NCBI GenBank assembly: GCA_951406725.2
Contig: OX597827.1
Coordinates: forward strand, 16,120,001 to 16,184,000
Source: Octopus vulgaris
Lineage: Eukaryota
DNA: 64,000 bases
Direction of reading: 5' to 3'
The position numbers and the translations under genes are program-made. Shown here in pieces: positions 13,291 through 26,154 of the stretch. Every line of letters starts with the position of its first letter. The stretch's first letter is position 1. The notes below the pieces were generated by a model that did not search any database, was not told the DNA's origin, and was given only the letters and a program-made list of their open reading frames with translations.

Positions 13291-13545
13291 CCCTTTAGTG
13301 TTCAGATTATTCTGTCAAATGTGATGTTTGTTTTGAATTAATATATTGTTGAATTATATATTTGAATTAATATATTGTTTTGAATTAATCCTGCATTATC
13401 TTGTAGTTTAGAGATTTCAGTGATGCTATTTTTTAAGTTTTAGAATGACATGGTAGGGCTGAGGTGAGAGGCGAGATCTGGTCAGTTTCAATATAAAACA
13501 GGTTAAATATTTTGGCCGGATATGGCCGGTTTGAATGCTAAAGGG
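13291..13545. mobile_element. older piggyBac-type MITE family C (intact copy)
   Basis: TTAA|CCCTTTAG..CTAAAGGG|TTAA; homologous partial copies at about 4818-4985 and 32760-32979. Confidence 0.85.
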
Positions 13546-13624
13546 TTAATGTGGTTGCAAAGGGAACTTCTTAATCACACACCCATGCTACTGATAATTT
13601 TTTAAATTTTTTTTTAATATAATC

Positions 13625-13725
13625 AAGATTGGAGCCTGGTGCAACCATCTGGTTCGCCTGCCCTCAGTCAAAATCGTCCAACCCATGCTAGCATGGAAAG
13701 CGGACGTTAAACGATGATGATGATG
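13625..13725 (+). mobile_element. retroposon family 2, 3' fragment
   Basis: Tail only. Confidence 0.8.
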
Positions 13726-14534
13726 AACGAAGAAAAATTTCTCATTACAGCATAACCTCAACATTATTTTAATTATCGATAAAATGACGAATTCAAAAAA
13801 CACGGTTAGGGGCTTGTTAGCTTCCAGCTTGGCAATCTTGTGACGGTCCCATTTTATATTTGGGCATTCTCCCTGACATGGTACCTTCATGTAATCAATG
13901 CATTTATCCTCGTACTAGGGTTAACCCTAACCCAACACAAATGTGAGCAGTGCTCAAATGTAAGATGCTCTTGTACTTTTATAAAGAATCAGTAACTGTT
14001 AAGAGCTTGAAGTAATTCTAGCATAATGACCTGCAACAAAAACCTTGAGATGAAGAATAGTGCTTATATATTAAACTTCTTTAACCTCACAGCTTAAACA
14101 AAGCAGTGCTGAATGTAGAAGGATAGTGTCTTGTTTTTTTGCTAATGGAATTCTGAGGTAAACACTGGCTTAGTAAGAATTAATTGCAATATAGTCTAAT
14201 GTAAAGTACTTGATGCTTCTGGAGAGAAAATGCAATATCCTTGATGTGGAATTACGTTAATGGTATAAAGATTTGATATTGTTTGTGTGAAAAGTATTGG
14301 CAGTTTCGTTAAAATCTAGGAAAGAACACATTTCAACTGATACAAGTTAGCCAAGTTAATTGTAGGGCCACTTTTTAATGAATGGGGACACAGTGGTAAA
14401 ACTCAGTTCAGGTATTGGGTTATTTAGTTATATCTTGCAAGCTTTTCAGGGTTTCTGCACGAGTTAAAAAAAATGAAGGAATTTTTTACTATGCTGACAA
14501 GGAAAGGCACCATGTTTTCTTGGGGATATTGCCT

Positions 14535-14763
14535 ATTTCTTTACTACCCACAAGGGGCTAAACACAGAGAGCACAAACAAGGACAGACAAATGGATTAAG
14601 TCGATTATATCGACCCCAGTGCGTAACTGGTACTTAATTTATCGACCCTGAAAGGATGAAAGGCAAAGTCGACCTCGGCGGAATTTGAACTCAGAACGTA
14701 GCGGCAGGCGAAATACCGCAAATATTTCGCCTGGCGTGCTAACATTTCTTCCAGCTCGCCGCC
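14535..14763 (-). mobile_element. SINE family 3 (~235 bp, tRNA-derived head)
   Basis: B box GAGTTCAAATTCC; TSD CTTGGGGATATT(G/A)CCT. Confidence 0.92.
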
Positions 14764-15080
14764 TTGGGGATATTACCTGATGTTGAATAGTGGGTTATCT
14801 AGCAGTTGATTTTTGCTATGGAAACGAGTTGTGAGCTCCTTACTATTTGAGTTTTTTTTTGTTTTTAACATGGTAGAAAGTGACTTCAGTTAACGTGAAA
14901 AGATTTGTTTTTCTAGCGTTGGTGGTGTTTAGAATCTATGGTAGTAACTATGGTGATGGCAGTGGTGGTGTCAGGGTCTATGGTGGCTTTGGCATTAGAA
15001 TCAACAGTGGTGATGGTAGCAGTGATGTTTGAATCTGTGGTAGTGTTTGTGGCATAAGGTTGCATAAACAACTGAAGTAA

Positions 15081-15462
15081 TTCTTTTACTAGTTTCAGTC
15101 ATTTGACTGCGGCCATGCTGGAGCACCACCTTTAGTCGAGCATATCGACCCCAAGACTTATTCTTTGTAAGCCTAATACTTATTCTATCGGTCACTTTTA
15201 CATAAATACACCAGCATCGGTTGTCAAGCGATGTTGTGGGGACAAACACAACACAAACATACACGCACACATACACACATATATATATATACATATATAC
15301 GATTGGCTTCTTTCAGTTTCCGTGTACCAAATCCATTCACAAGGCTTTGGTCGGCCCGAGGCTATAGTAGAAGACACTTACCCAAAGTGCCACGCAGTGG
15401 GACTGAACCCGGAACCATGTGGTTGGTAAGCAAGCTACTTACCACACAGCCACTCCTGCGCC
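15081..15462 (-). mobile_element. SINE family 1
   Basis: Reverse copy with a small internal deletion. Confidence 0.9.
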
Positions 15463-15877
15463 TAATTGTTGAAGATCCGTGTAGTTTGTTGTGGCATGGA
15501 TAGATGTGTTTGATTTGTGCATTTTGATTGTCACGATTGCATTATCTCTGCAACTGGAAGTGACCGGCCACACAAGTCGGTGGTGTTTGTCATTTGTACT
15601 TGACAGGTGCAATAAATTGAGATCCTGTTTTGAGTGATTTGTTACTTGGCAAGAGATTTCAGCTGAGGGTGTGTTTAAGGCGAGGAAGTTTTTATCGTGT
15701 AAGTGGAAGTCTTCGTTGTCAACACACAGGTACTATTAAGGTAATTTATTTCAAATTGGAAATGAAGGAAATAAAGACCTCCCACCCCCCCACAAAAAAA
15801 AGAAAATGACTTGCACAAAAAACTGCAACAGCAAATAACAGCAGTGGTTTAATTTCTTTTGATTGGGCAGGAACGAT

Positions 15878-17073
15878 CACAGCTACCTGCTGAACTGCCA
15901 TGTATGTAGTTTTCATCTCCCCGAGTACTTTTAAAGGTCTGGATTGACCTTAGTAAGTGGATTGAACCAGGGACCCTGTGATTGCTCACAGCTACCTGCT
16001 GAACTGCCATGTATGTAGTTTTCATCTCCCGAGTACTTTTAAAGGTCTGGATTGACCTTAGTAAGTGGATTGAACCAGGGACCCTGTGATTGCTCACAGC
16101 TACCTGCTGAACTGCTATGTATGTAGTTTTCATCTCCCCGAGTACTTTTAAAGGTCTGGATTGACCTTAGTAAGTGGATTGAACCAGGGACCCTGTGATT
16201 GCTCACAGCTACCTGCTGAACTGCCATGTATGTAGTTTTCATCTCCCCGATTACTTTTAAAGGTCTGGATTGACCTTAGTAAGTGGATTGAACCAGGGAC
16301 CCTGTGATTGCTCACAGCTACCTGCTGAACTGCCATGTATGTAGTTTTCATCTCCCCGAGTACTTTTAAAGGTCTGGATTGACCTTAGTAAGTGGATTGA
16401 ACCAGGGACCCTGTGATTGCTCACAGCTACCTGCTGAACTGCTATGTATGTAGTTTTCATCTCCCCGAGTACTTTTAAAGGTCTGGATTGACCTTAGTAA
16501 GTGGATTGAACCAGGGACCCTGTGATTGCTCACAGCTACCTGCTGAACTGCCATGTATGTGGTTTTCATCTCCCCGAGTACTTTTAAAGGTCTGGATTGA
16601 CCTTAGTAAGTGGATTGAACCAGGGACCCTGTGATTGCTCACAGCTACCTGCTGAACTGCCATGTATCTAGTTTTCGTCTCCCCGAGTACTTTTAAAGGT
16701 CTGGATTGACCTTAGTAAGTGGATTGAACCAGGGACCCTGTGATTGCTCACAGCTACCTGCTGAACTGCCATGTATGTGGTTTTCATCTCCCGAGTACTT
16801 TTAAAGGTCTGGATTGACCTTAGTAAGTGGATTGAACCAGGGACCCTGTGATTGCTCACAGCTACCTGCTGAACTGCCATGTATGTGGTTTTCATCTCCC
16901 CGAGTACTTTTAAAGGTCTGGATTGACCTTAGTAAGTGGATTGAACCAGGGACCCTGTGATTGCTCACAGCTACCTGCTGAACTGCCATGTATGTGGTTT
17001 TCATCTCCCGAGTACTTTTAAAGGTCTGGATTGACCTTAGTAAGTGGATTGAACCAGGGACCCTGTGATTGCT
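15878..17073. repeat. tandem array, 11 copies of a 108-109 bp unit
   Basis: Unit starts (CACAGCTACCTGCTG) at 15878, 15987, 16095, 16204, 16313, 16422, 16531, 16640, 16749, 16857 and 16966; only a few variant positions. Confidence 0.98.
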
Positions 17074-17369
17074 AAGTGAACTTGTTGAGCATTTAGTCAT
17101 ACCTGTGTCATCACACAATCCATGCGCATAATACAGACATGCCTGTACACACCCTCACTCTTGCTATACAAACCGTGCTTGTTTCAATTTGCTTGATTAA
17201 TGGAAAAACAGGTTCCGCACCCCACTTCATGACTGAGTGGTTTACTCTGAATTCAGTTGCTTCAACAAACACTTCCCATCTATTCAAACAGAGAAATGAC
17301 AGCGTAAAAATAGGAAAACAAACAAGACAAAAAAAAAAAATCCCCTTTTTTTTTTTTTTGCTGTCGCCT

Positions 17370-17747
17370 TTACCTTTTATCTTGTTTCAGTCACTGGATT
17401 TTACGGTCATACTGGAGCACTGCCTTGAAGAGTTTAGTTGAACAAATCAAACCCAGTGCTTTTTCTTTTAAAGCTGGGTGCTTATTCTATTTGTCTCTTT
17501 TGCTTAGCAGCTAAGTTATGGGGATGTAAACAAACCAACATAGTTGTCAAGCAGTGGTGGGGACAAGCACACACATACACGATGGGCTTCGACACAGTTT
17601 CTGTCTACCTACCGAATCCACTCACAAGGCATTTGGTTGGCCTAGGGCTATAACAGAAGCTACTTGACCAATGTGCTGTGCTGTGAGATTGAGCCAAAAC
17701 TGTGGTTTGCAAAGCAAGCTTCTAACTACACAGTTGTGCCTGCTCCT
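17370..17747 (-). mobile_element. SINE family 1, old diverged copy
   Basis: Collinear but diverged homology to family 1. Confidence 0.75.
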
Positions 17748-17754
17748 GTTAATT

Positions 17755-17979
17755 TATTTCTTTACTACCCACAAGGGGCTAAACACAGGCGACAAACAAG
17801 GACAGACAAACGGATTAAGTTAACATCGACCCCCAGTGCGTAACTAGTACTTAATTTATCGACCCTGAAAGGACGAAAGGCATAGGTGACCTCGGCGGAA
17901 TTTGAACCCAGAACGTAACAGCAGACGAAATACGGCTACGCATTTCGCCCGGTGTGCTAACGTTTCTGCCAGCTCGCCG
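17755..17979 (-). mobile_element. SINE family 3
   Basis: Reverse copy. Confidence 0.9.
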
Positions 17980-18484
17980 AGTCTATTTTGTAATTCATTT
18001 CACTGTATCATGAATGAGTGTTATGAAGGACTGACATATAATTGCAGTGATATCAAATTTCATTAATGAAATATAGCCAGGTATTGTTGTGAGTCCAAGG
18101 CGTTTGCTTCACAATTATGCAGTTCAGTTTGATTCTATCATAGAAGATTCTATGCCAATGACCTCTCTGAATGAAACGTGAACTTGTGTGTTTGTTTATT
18201 GGCGTAAAAACTTTATGAAAATAATGTTCGTAAAGGGACATAACTCAGATGAACTTAAACAATTTGCTAATAGATGTGGATAAAATGAATAGCAGACTAA
18301 GATCTAGGGTTGTTGAAATTGGTGCTTGAAGGTTGTGCTCCAGTGTTTCCGCAGTCCAATGGTTGAAACTGGTAAAAAAAGAATGAGATATTGTTCTGGT
18401 GACGAAAAAAAAAAGTTCCTATTCAAAATCACTGAATAAATTTTGAGACTTCAAATGGGGGGGGAAAAAAAAAAAAAAAAAAAA

Positions 18485-18647
18485 AGGCGCAGGAGTGGCT
18501 GTGTGGTAAGTAGCTTGCTAACCAACCACATGGTTCCGGGTTCAGTCCCACTGTGTGGCATCTTGGGCAAGTGTCTTCTGCTATAGCCCCGGGCCGACCA
18601 ATGCCTTGTGAGTGGATTTGGTAGACGGAAACTGAAAGAAGCCCGTC

Positions 18648-18703
<56 letters not shown>

Positions 18704-18915
18704 TTGTGTGTCTGTGTTTGTCCCCCTAGCATTGCTTGACAACTGATGCTGGTGTGTTTACGTCCCTGTCACTTAGCGGTTTCGGTAAAAGAGACTGATA
18801 GAATAAGTACTGGGCTTACAAAGAATAAGTCCCGGGGTCGATTTGCTCGACTAAAGGCGGTGCTCCAGCATGGCCGCAGTCAAATGACTGAAAGAAGTAA
18901 AAGAGTATAAAGAGT
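18485..18915 (+). mobile_element. SINE family 1
   Basis: Full-length copy. Confidence 0.92.
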
Positions 18916-19378
18916 TAAGAATTTTGCTAATTTATACAGTAGCAGCAACATCAGTGACTAGGAAACTTCTAAAGTTATTCATTTTGGCTTGGAATAGCAA
19001 CCAAATATCTCGCCTCACACACACCCTACCATTTTAAGATAGGACACTTAGGCAAATGGCCTGGATTCACTTTGATCATGGGTGTGGTCGAGCAAGGCTG
19101 TCTGAGAATTAACAACGGCCTATGTGAGGCCTATGAGAAATCTGACATTGATGAACTAGCTGAGGGGATGACTGGGATAAGGTTAAAATGGAAATAATTG
19201 GAAGCTGGAAACTAAAGATAAGGAAACACAAGTGATCCCTATGTGACATGTATGTGTTGGTGTAGTAACAGATATTACAACTGACATAAAACAGAACAGG
19301 TCCATGTTCAACTATCTGTAAATTTTATTGCTTCTGCTCTCTCTCTCTCTCTCTCTCTTATCTCCCTCTTCTCTCTCA

Positions 19379-19415
<37 letters not shown>

Positions 19416-19654
19416 CCCCCCCCAGGTCAGCTCTGATTGACCAAACCCAGTAATGTAGGGTATGCATAATACTTATAAAAGTTGATCTAAAAGTAACGCC
19501 CTATTTTTTTTTTTGTATCTATTAAACAAAAAAAAAAAAAAAAAAAACAAAAAAAAAAAACAAAACAGGATTTTGTTCTCTTTCTGAGAGAGAAAAAAAA
19601 AATAAATAAAGCCTTTATAAGTATTTTAATATTCAAATATATTTTTTTACTTAA

Positions 19655-19875
19655 CCCTTTCGATACCAACCTGGCTGAAACCGACTCTGGCTCTGAGTAC
19701 AAATGTCTTGTTTCCATAAGTTTTGAATTAAAATCTTCCACCAAACCTTAGAAACAATTTATTTTCCTAACATTAGCTTAATGATAACTAAGTTATTTTA
19801 CTAAATTCTTTATCATATTTAAAACTAATTGAAAGAAAAACAGAGCATCTCAAAATAAATACAGTAACAAAAGGG
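19655..19875. mobile_element. piggyBac-type MITE family B
   Basis: TTAA|CCCTTTCG..GTAACAAAAGGG|TTAA. Confidence 0.9.
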
Positions 19876-20709
19876 TTAAGCTCCAGTATAGAATCTTAGA
19901 ATAATTTTCCAAATTTCAAATCCTGACATAAGAAAAAGCTGTTAGGCACTAAAATCACACACACACACTCTCTCATGTACACATATAGTTACAATAAAAT
20001 AAAAATATTAAAAATGAAGTTATTTTAAAGTGTTTGCTGACTAGTCTAAGACAAATTCATTCTATGCGAGAAAGTATTTTTAGCCCTGCTTAAAATAATT
20101 TTCCAGGTTAGTATTTGTAAATTTCCAAAGGGAACATTTTTGCATAACCACCAAAATGCTTCAGAATTTGTGCTCATTACCTTTGGCATAGTTAGACTCC
20201 TGTGTCTTAGGTTTATACTTTGCATAATATCTACGAATAAATCATGTCATCTGGAGGTCTAAACTTGGCAGTTAGTGTTTGAAAAAAAATTACATGACGC
20301 ATCGTAAAACATAAATGAATGAAATCTGTATGAGTATTTTATGTCTTGTTGTGAAAACATTTTTGTTTGGCTCACATGTTTCTAATGGTTGTAACAATTA
20401 TATTTGTTTTAGATTGATGCTAGAAATATTTTCTTATATAGAATTAAATCACATGCTCTATAGAGTGTTATGCTTTTAATCCGGGAGTGCTTGAAGAATT
20501 CTTTTTGTAAAATTGTGTATGCTAGCTGAAATAGCCTATAGAAAAGGTAGAGAATTTAAATGGGTTGGTTTTTAAAATTTTTTTTTTTTTAAATAACCAC
20601 TGTGTATCTGTACATATATACTTAGTACCTTCTTTGTCCGTTACCACTTGTAAAAAAAAAAAAAAAAAAAAAACCCTGCAAACCAAAGCTAAGAGAATAG
20701 ATCTTACAG

Positions 20710-21280
20710 GTCTATATTTAAGAGATGAGGAATTATGTATATTATTTTACATTTGACGGATATTTGTCCTCATCGTGTTTGTTCTTAACACGTTTCAGCT
20801 GATATACCCTCCAGCCTTCATCAGGTGTCTTGGGGAAAATTTTGAACCTGGGTTCTCATTCGTAAGGTATTTTTCGATGTTGTTGTTCAGGTCACTGCCT
20901 GGAATCGAACTCGGAATCTTGGGGTTAGTAGCCTGCGCTCTTAAGCACTATGCTGTATGCCTGTGGGCAATTATGGAGTGAATTTTTAGGGCTTATAAAT
21001 CTATTTTCCTGTCCTTCCTTAATACCGGTTCCCATATACTATTCATATCTGCACTCGATCTACTTAGGAGGTTGTTGTGTCCTAGCATATGTGCTGCTGC
21101 TTTTAGTTTTCGTATTTTCCAGCTGTGTTCTCTGTCTTATTTTAAAATTATTATTTAAAATAATATGGCGTAGTGGTTAAGAGTGCAGGCTACTAACCCC
21201 AAGATTCCGAGTTCAATTCCAGGCAGTGACTTAATAATAATATCGAAAAATAGCTTAGGAATGAGAACCCAGGTTCGAAA
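20710..21280 (-). mobile_element. Penelope-like element 3' end with inverted partial pLTR
   Basis: Minus strand 21133-20993 encodes REHSWKIRKLKAAAHMLGHNNLLSRSSADMNSIWEPVLRKDRKIDL*, like a PLE GIY-YIG C-terminus. It is followed by a tRNA-like segment and a CUGAUGA..GAAAC hammerhead remnant (20829-20786). 21163-21280 is an inverted copy of about 20842-20958. Confidence 0.75.
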
Positions 21281-21761
21281 GTGAATAATGTAGAATAGAT
21301 CTTGATAAAGCCCAGGATAGTACAGAAAGTTTGTGATAACCTTGCTGCAGTTTCTGGGGTGAAACTAGTGCTGAACTTGGTGCTATTGTACAATAGTGAA
21401 GTTAAGAGGTAGAACATGATTTCACTGCAAGCCAAGCTTGTACACTGATTGCCTGGTGGCCAGGAATCTCCACGTAAAATGTCTATGCTTGCATCAAATT
21501 TCGTAACTGAGTGGATTGGTCCCATTTAAGTAAAGTCTTTGATGCTAGAACTAAGGTCTAGTTGTTGTAAGTGTATTGAGATTTTGAGTCCTGAACTTCT
21601 ACGTCCCCACCACATCAGTGGCTGTTAATTAGTACTAGTGTTGCTTGCTGAATTAATCTTCTGTGTCGATGGTCATGGTCACTTGGGTCTCCACATTAAA
21701 TATAAGTTGTGTAGGACATGCAGCTTCCCATCGTAAATGATGATGATCATCATCTTTTGAC

Positions 21762-22025
21762 ATCATCATCATCATCATTGTTCGACTGTGGTCGAGACAA
21801 TGGAATTTACTATGTCAGGCCAGACTTCACGGTCCATCATAGCATTACGGAGGTCCTGTTGCTGGATGCTTGTATCCCTGGAGATTACATCAGGGTAGGA
21901 GAGTGTGCGCCCTCTGGTATCGTGAGCAGATGGCTTCCAGAAGAGAAGAGTAGAAATTGCCTCGTTTTCAGCTCTACAACAATGTCCAGCAAACTGGACT
22001 CTTCTACCTTTCTTTTGACATAGTT
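21762..22025 (-). mobile_element. RTE-clade LINE 3' fragment
   Basis: RRVQFAGHCCRAENEAISTLLFWKPSAHDTRGRTLSYPDVISRD..MMDREVW..EQ* plus a (TGA)n tail. Confidence 0.85.
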
Positions 22026-23262
22026 GAACAACCAATTCCAACCAGTCTGGATTTACGGTATGTTTGACTTTCACACCCAACCCCGGTGCTTGATTCAGTT
22101 GCATTATTCCTCCTTTCAATCAGTGAATACAAAAACGGGGATCATGAGAGCTCCTTTCAAGGGATTATCCCTGAATCATCATCTCACCCTTGTAACTCCC
22201 TTTCATTCCATTGATCTTTCCACGTACAGGAGAGTCATCCCCTTTCCCTTTTTGCTTTAACACAATATTGGATGGCCTTTGGCTCTCTGGAGTTCTGCTC
22301 TTGGTCAGGTTTTGGTTTTTATCCTGCAGAATGTCCAATAATCCACCCTCCTTACGAAGCAAACTTGGTGGGGTTGCTGATTTAGCCACCGATAACCTGA
22401 CCATGCTCCAGGTTGTACTTAGTAGTGCACAAGAGTGACCTGACAGTAAATAGTGGGAGTTTTTGTACAACTACTGAAGGGGTCGTAGGATAACGGGGCA
22501 CAACTGAACTTAAGTTGTATCATGTGAGCTTGGCTTTGATTGTCTTCCTCACAAAACTTAATAATTCATTTATCTATTTTGGAAAGACTGACTAGTGAGA
22601 GAAAAAAAAAACTTTAATTGTACTTGAATACAGGGATGAGAGTTCGTTATACATTTTCCCCATTCTTCCTTCATTTGTCTCAATTCTGATATTATCAATC
22701 TTAGAAAATTCAACTCCTAAACAGTTAAAATATCCAGCCTGGACAGGAAGAAAAGCAAAATTGATCTTGGCAGAATTTGAACTCAGATATAATAATGCTT
22801 CTAATTCAGGGGTAAGGTTGGTATTTTGAGGGAAGGGGATTAGTTGAGCCCATTGATCTCGGTATTTGACTTTTTTTTTTAAATTTATTTTTTTTTACTC
22901 TGGAGGGATGAAAAAATGTCAGATCTGAACACAAAATGTAATGAACTACAAGAGACACTCAAAGTATATTTGTTGATTGCTGTAACATTTTTGCCAATCC
23001 AGCTCCTAAAATCCTATCCTCTACAGGCACAAGGCCTGAAATTTTGTGGGGAGAGAGCTAGTTGATTACATCAACCCCCAGTGTCCAACTGGTATTTATT
23101 TTATTAATACTGAAAAGATAGAGCTGGAAGAAATGCTGCTTAGCACATTGTCTGGTGTGCTAACAATTCTGCCAGCTTGCTTTGTAATGGTGATATTTGC
23201 CACTAGGGCCTATTCATGTGTATTTAAATTACAATAAACATACTACAAAAAATATATATATA

Positions 23263-23645
23263 TGGCTGTGTGGTAAGTAGCTTGCTAACCAATCACATGG
23301 TTCTGGGTTCAGTCCCACTGCGTGTCATCTTGGGCAAGTGTCTTCTGCTATAGCCCCGGGCCGACCAATGCCTTGTGAGTGGATTTGGTAGACGGAAACT
23401 GAAAGAAGCCTGTCGTATATATGTGTGTTTATGTGTCTGTGTTTGTACCCCTAGCATTGCTTGACAACCGATGCTGGTGTGTTTATGTCCCCGTTACTTA
23501 GCGGTTCGGCAAAACAGACCGATAGAATAAGTACTGGGCTTACAAAAGAATAAGTCCCGGGGTCGATTTGCTCGACTAAAGGCGGTGCTCTAGCATGGCC
23601 GCAGTCAAATGACTGAAACAAGTAAAAGAATATAAAGAATATAAA
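23263..23645 (+). mobile_element. SINE family 1
   Basis: Slightly 5'-truncated copy. Confidence 0.92.
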
Positions 23646-24088
23646 GGGGGGGGGGGGGGGCTGCAGACAACTATATGAGGAATGAGGTAAGACAGATTTA
23701 TGTTTCCCAGTATATTAGGACAGACTAAAAATGTTTTAAATTGCTCGATAATTACACCAATTAGGCATAACAGGGACATAATTGAGAAAAAGGATATAAT
23801 TTAAAAGCAACAGGGCAGTTTAACTACATGCTCAGCACAAGCTACAAATTTTGACTGAGGAGCAGGGTATATAGTCACATTTCTTCGATTTTACATTCCT
23901 CTGTATTGCTTGGAAGGGATCCAGTTGGTTCATTTATCTCAATAGGTGGAGTTTACCATCATTGGCCCTAAGACAGAACTGGTGTGAAATTGTTTGCACC
24001 GTGTTTTTTTTTTTTTTCCGGGGAGAAAGTAGGTATAATATAGCTGAATGGTTAAGAAGTTTGCTTTGCTATAGCCTTGCATTTACTA

Positions 24089-24487
24089 CTAGCAAGCAGT
24101 ATCGCCCGGCGTTGCTCGGGTTTGTAAGGGAAATAACTATATAAGCATTTTTAGAGTTATAGCCAAAAAATAGCAAAAAAATGCATTAAAAATGGAAAAA
24201 AAATTAGTAAATTTTTTTTAAATCGTTGACTCATCATAGACATTTTTAGAGAGTTACTTCCCTTATATAATAGCGAAAAAAATGCATTAAAATGGAAAAA
24301 AAATGATGGTAAATTTATTTTAAAATCGTAGACTCATTGTAGACGCGCGCTAATACTCAGAAGGGCTCGATATGAATCACGACTATAAGATACCCAGTTT
24401 TGGTTAAACTGCACCACAAAATGTGGGAGTAGTTAGGAATCTAAATCGTAGGAGACAGACACACAACTTCACTTTTATATATAAAGA
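24089..24487 (-). mobile_element. non-autonomous Helitron (family b)
   Basis: A|TC...CCCGAGCAACGCCGGG...CTAG|T on the minus strand; near-identical to 60057-60435. Confidence 0.88.
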
Positions 24488-24635
24488 TAAGCCTTGTGTT
24501 GACCCATTCCCTGGAAGTGAAATTGGGTTACTGGAAACGGTATTGAAGGCTGTTTGGTTGGTATGTACCTATAATTCTAAAAAGAACAGCCTCGTCAAAC
24601 GGTCATGCTGATTCTACTTGAGAATTACATTGAGT

Positions 24636-24980
24636 ACTCTCTCTTTTACTCTTTTACTTGTTTCAGTCATTTGACTGCGGCCATGCTGGAGCACCGCCTT
24701 TAGTCAAGCAAATCGACCCCAGGACTTATTCTTTGTAAGCCCAGTACTTATTCTATCGGTCTCTTTTGCTGAACCACTAAGTGACGGGGACGTAAACACA
24801 CCAGCATCGGTTGTCAAGCAATGCTAGGGAGACACACAAACACACGTACACATACATATATACGACAGGCTTCTTTCAGTTTCCGTCTACCAAATCAACT
24901 CACAAGGCATTGGTCGGCCCCGGGGCTATAGCAGAAGACACTTGCCCAAGATGCCACACAGTGGGACTGAACCTGGAACC
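24636..24980 (-). mobile_element. SINE family 1
   Basis: 5'-truncated reverse copy. Confidence 0.9.
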
Positions 24981-25439
24981 GGGATATTTATATTACACAT
25001 GCCCAGAATGCTCATGTTAATTCTGCAGTGGGTAATCTAAGCTGATTTGAACAACTGAATCCTTGTCGTCAAACGATAGATCCATCGCCACCACATGGAG
25101 AGAAATAATTGTAAATGCTTAGAGGACGTTCTCTTTGAATGTCTGTTTAGGATGAGATTCATATTACGACACCTGCATGGCTTCTGTTGGCTTGGTTATA
25201 TTTCTCCCATCTCGGCACTGTCTCAAAAGATCATCTTGCCATTCAGGACCGTATCTTCTTTCCAATTATTAAATAGCTGGAAATGAAGACAAATGAAGGT
25301 ATTCTTTTTACTCTGTTGCCCCCACCCTGCCAATTAAACATTTCTACTAAATATCAAAGCAGCTTCTATGTGGTCACTTAACTTGCAAGTAATAGCAATT
25401 ACATCCCTCTCTCACATATCAAACCCGACCATCTTTAAA

Positions 25440-25754
25440 CCCTTTAATGTTCAGATTACTCTGTTAAATGTAATACTTTTTTCACTCAAGTTGTTTTGAA
25501 TTAATCATGCATTATCTCATAGCTTTGAAATCTCAATGATGTACTCTTTTACTCTCTTTTACTTGTTTCAGTCATTTGACTGCGGCCATGCTGGAGCACC
25601 GCCTTTAGTCAAGCAAATCGACCCCGGGACTTATTCTTTTTTGTAAGCCCAGTACTTATTCTATCGGTCTCTTTTGCCGAACCGCTAAGTGACGGGGGCG
25701 TAAACACACCAGCATCGGTTGTCAAGCAATGCTAGGGGGACAAACACAGACACA

Positions 25755-25850
<96 letters not shown>

Positions 25851-26154
25851 TATATATACACACATATATACGACAGGCTTCTTTCAGTTGCCATCTACCA
25901 AATCCACTCACAAGGCATTGGTCGGCCCGGGGCTATAGCAGAAGACACTTGCCCAAGATGACACGCAGTGGGACTGAACCCGGAACCATGTGGTTGGTTA
26001 GCAAGCTACTTACCACACAGCCACTCCTGCGCCTATGTGAATATTTATTTTTAGAATGTCGATGTAGGTTAGGTGCGAGAGGCTAGATATGGCTAGTTGA
26101 AATGTAAAACACAGAATATTTGGGCCGGATGTGGCCCGTTTAAACACTAAAGGG
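25440..26154. mobile_element. MITE family C interrupted by a SINE1 insertion (25543-26034)
   Basis: The two halves join to give the family C sequence. Confidence 0.8.
25543..26034 (-). mobile_element. SINE family 1
   Basis: Full-length reverse copy with an expanded microsatellite. Confidence 0.92.

Noticed and set aside
15607-15740. Possible non-coding exon (CAG|...AAG|GTAATT)
   Set aside because: Splice-like dinucleotides only, with a weak pyrimidine tract; cannot be supported without transcripts.
15878-17073. CRISPR array or repetitive protein (MKTTYMAVQQ... ORFs)
   Set aside because: Whole units repeat with no unique spacers, there are no cas genes, the context is eukaryotic, and the 109-bp period breaks the reading frame.
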